The position numbers and the translations under genes were made by a program. Under the pieces are notes generated by a model. The model did not search any database. It worked only from the letters and a program-made list of their open reading frames with translations, and was not told the origin of the DNA. Source: Felis catus (taxonomy: Eukaryota). Taken from it: a stretch of 64,000 nt of DNA. The stretch covers positions 8,928,001 through 8,992,000 of the forward strand of contig NC_058369.1 in the NCBI RefSeq assembly GCF_018350175.1. The letters run 5' to 3'. How positions within the stretch are numbered: position 1 is the first letter of the stretch; each line of letters begins with the position of its first letter. Below, piece by piece: positions 61,008 to 64,000 of this stretch.

Positions 61008-61543
61008 CAGCCTGGCTGGCTGCAGCGCCGCACATGCGTGTGGCCACGTGTGTACATGTGAGTGTACGTGTCTCTACAAGGACCCCCCTCCCCGCCTGCT
61101 TTCCCCTCGCCTCATCCTAAGCCGGATTCCGTCGGCCGTGTTGAATCTTCCCTCCCACGAGGCTGGCCCAGGTGGGCTGCCCGAGGTGACCCCGATTGAG
61201 CAAAGGGCCCTTGCTGCCAAGAAGTCCCACCCCCCTCCCCTGTTTGTAGGATGAGTGTGGAGACCCCACCCACTCGCCCGCTGGCCGGCAGGCCACACAC
61301 ACCCGTGGCAGGTAGGTGGACGGGGAAGGCGTCTGGATTTGGGTCCCGCTCACTCCTCCCTAACCCCCCTCGACCAGGGCACGGCGACTTCCGGACGCAG
61401 CGTGCTCCCCAGCAACCCCTCCAACGACGCAGACAGAAACCTGTGGGGAAAGGCGGGGGTCAGGGCCTGCACCCCTCCGCCCCCCTACAACAGCCACAGC
61501 GCCCTCGCGGGCAGCCTCCTCACCTGGCGGTCGCGAGGCTCAT

Positions 61544-63691
<2,148 letters not shown>

Positions 63692-64000
63692 CTGGGGGGT
63701 CAGAGCAGGGCTGGCGTGGCAAGATGCCCCTCCCCCCAACCAGCAGGGGTCCCAAACTAATCCCTCCCGGCAGGCCAGCTAGGGGAGCAGCCCCTGGAGA
63801 ACGGCCTGACCCTGCCACTTCCCATCATGGAAGCTAAAGGCCCCATCACAGGCACTCGGGGCCCGTGAACTGCAGGGCTTCGCTCACGGTACCGCTAGAG
63901 GAAGGGGCAGGGGTTAACTGCTGCCCGTCCGGAGACACTGGGGGTGCGCACATACGTCAAGTTGGAGGGGCTTATGCTTTCCTATCTCCTCTTTCTACCT

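Overview
Mammalian genomic DNA from a cat-family animal (Felidae): it is dense in felid-type CAN-SINEs, and the MAN2B1 protein reads as the feline 1007-aa form. The gene order matches human 19p13.2/13.13: 3' part of KRAB zinc-finger ZNF791 (+), a ~12 kb AT-rich L1/SINE block, a ~4.6 kb highly diverged ~110-125 bp tandem array, then a GC-rich cluster of MAN2B1 (-, 24 exons), WDR83OS (-), WDR83 (+), DHPS (-), GNG14 (+), FBXW9 (-) and the 3' end of TNPO2 (-). All exon chains were traced by hand with GT-AG boundaries and give intact frames. Most notable observations: (1) an ancient degenerate tandem array that I cannot assign to a named family, sitting at the boundary between the ZNF/L1 block and the GC-rich genes; (2) an intact CAAX-bearing G-protein gamma-14 gene; (3) an intronic SNORD41-family box C/D snoRNA in TNPO2; (4) overlapping WDR83/DHPS 3' ends. 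There are three N gaps. Repeat family names and cross-species comparisons come from recall, not from database searches.
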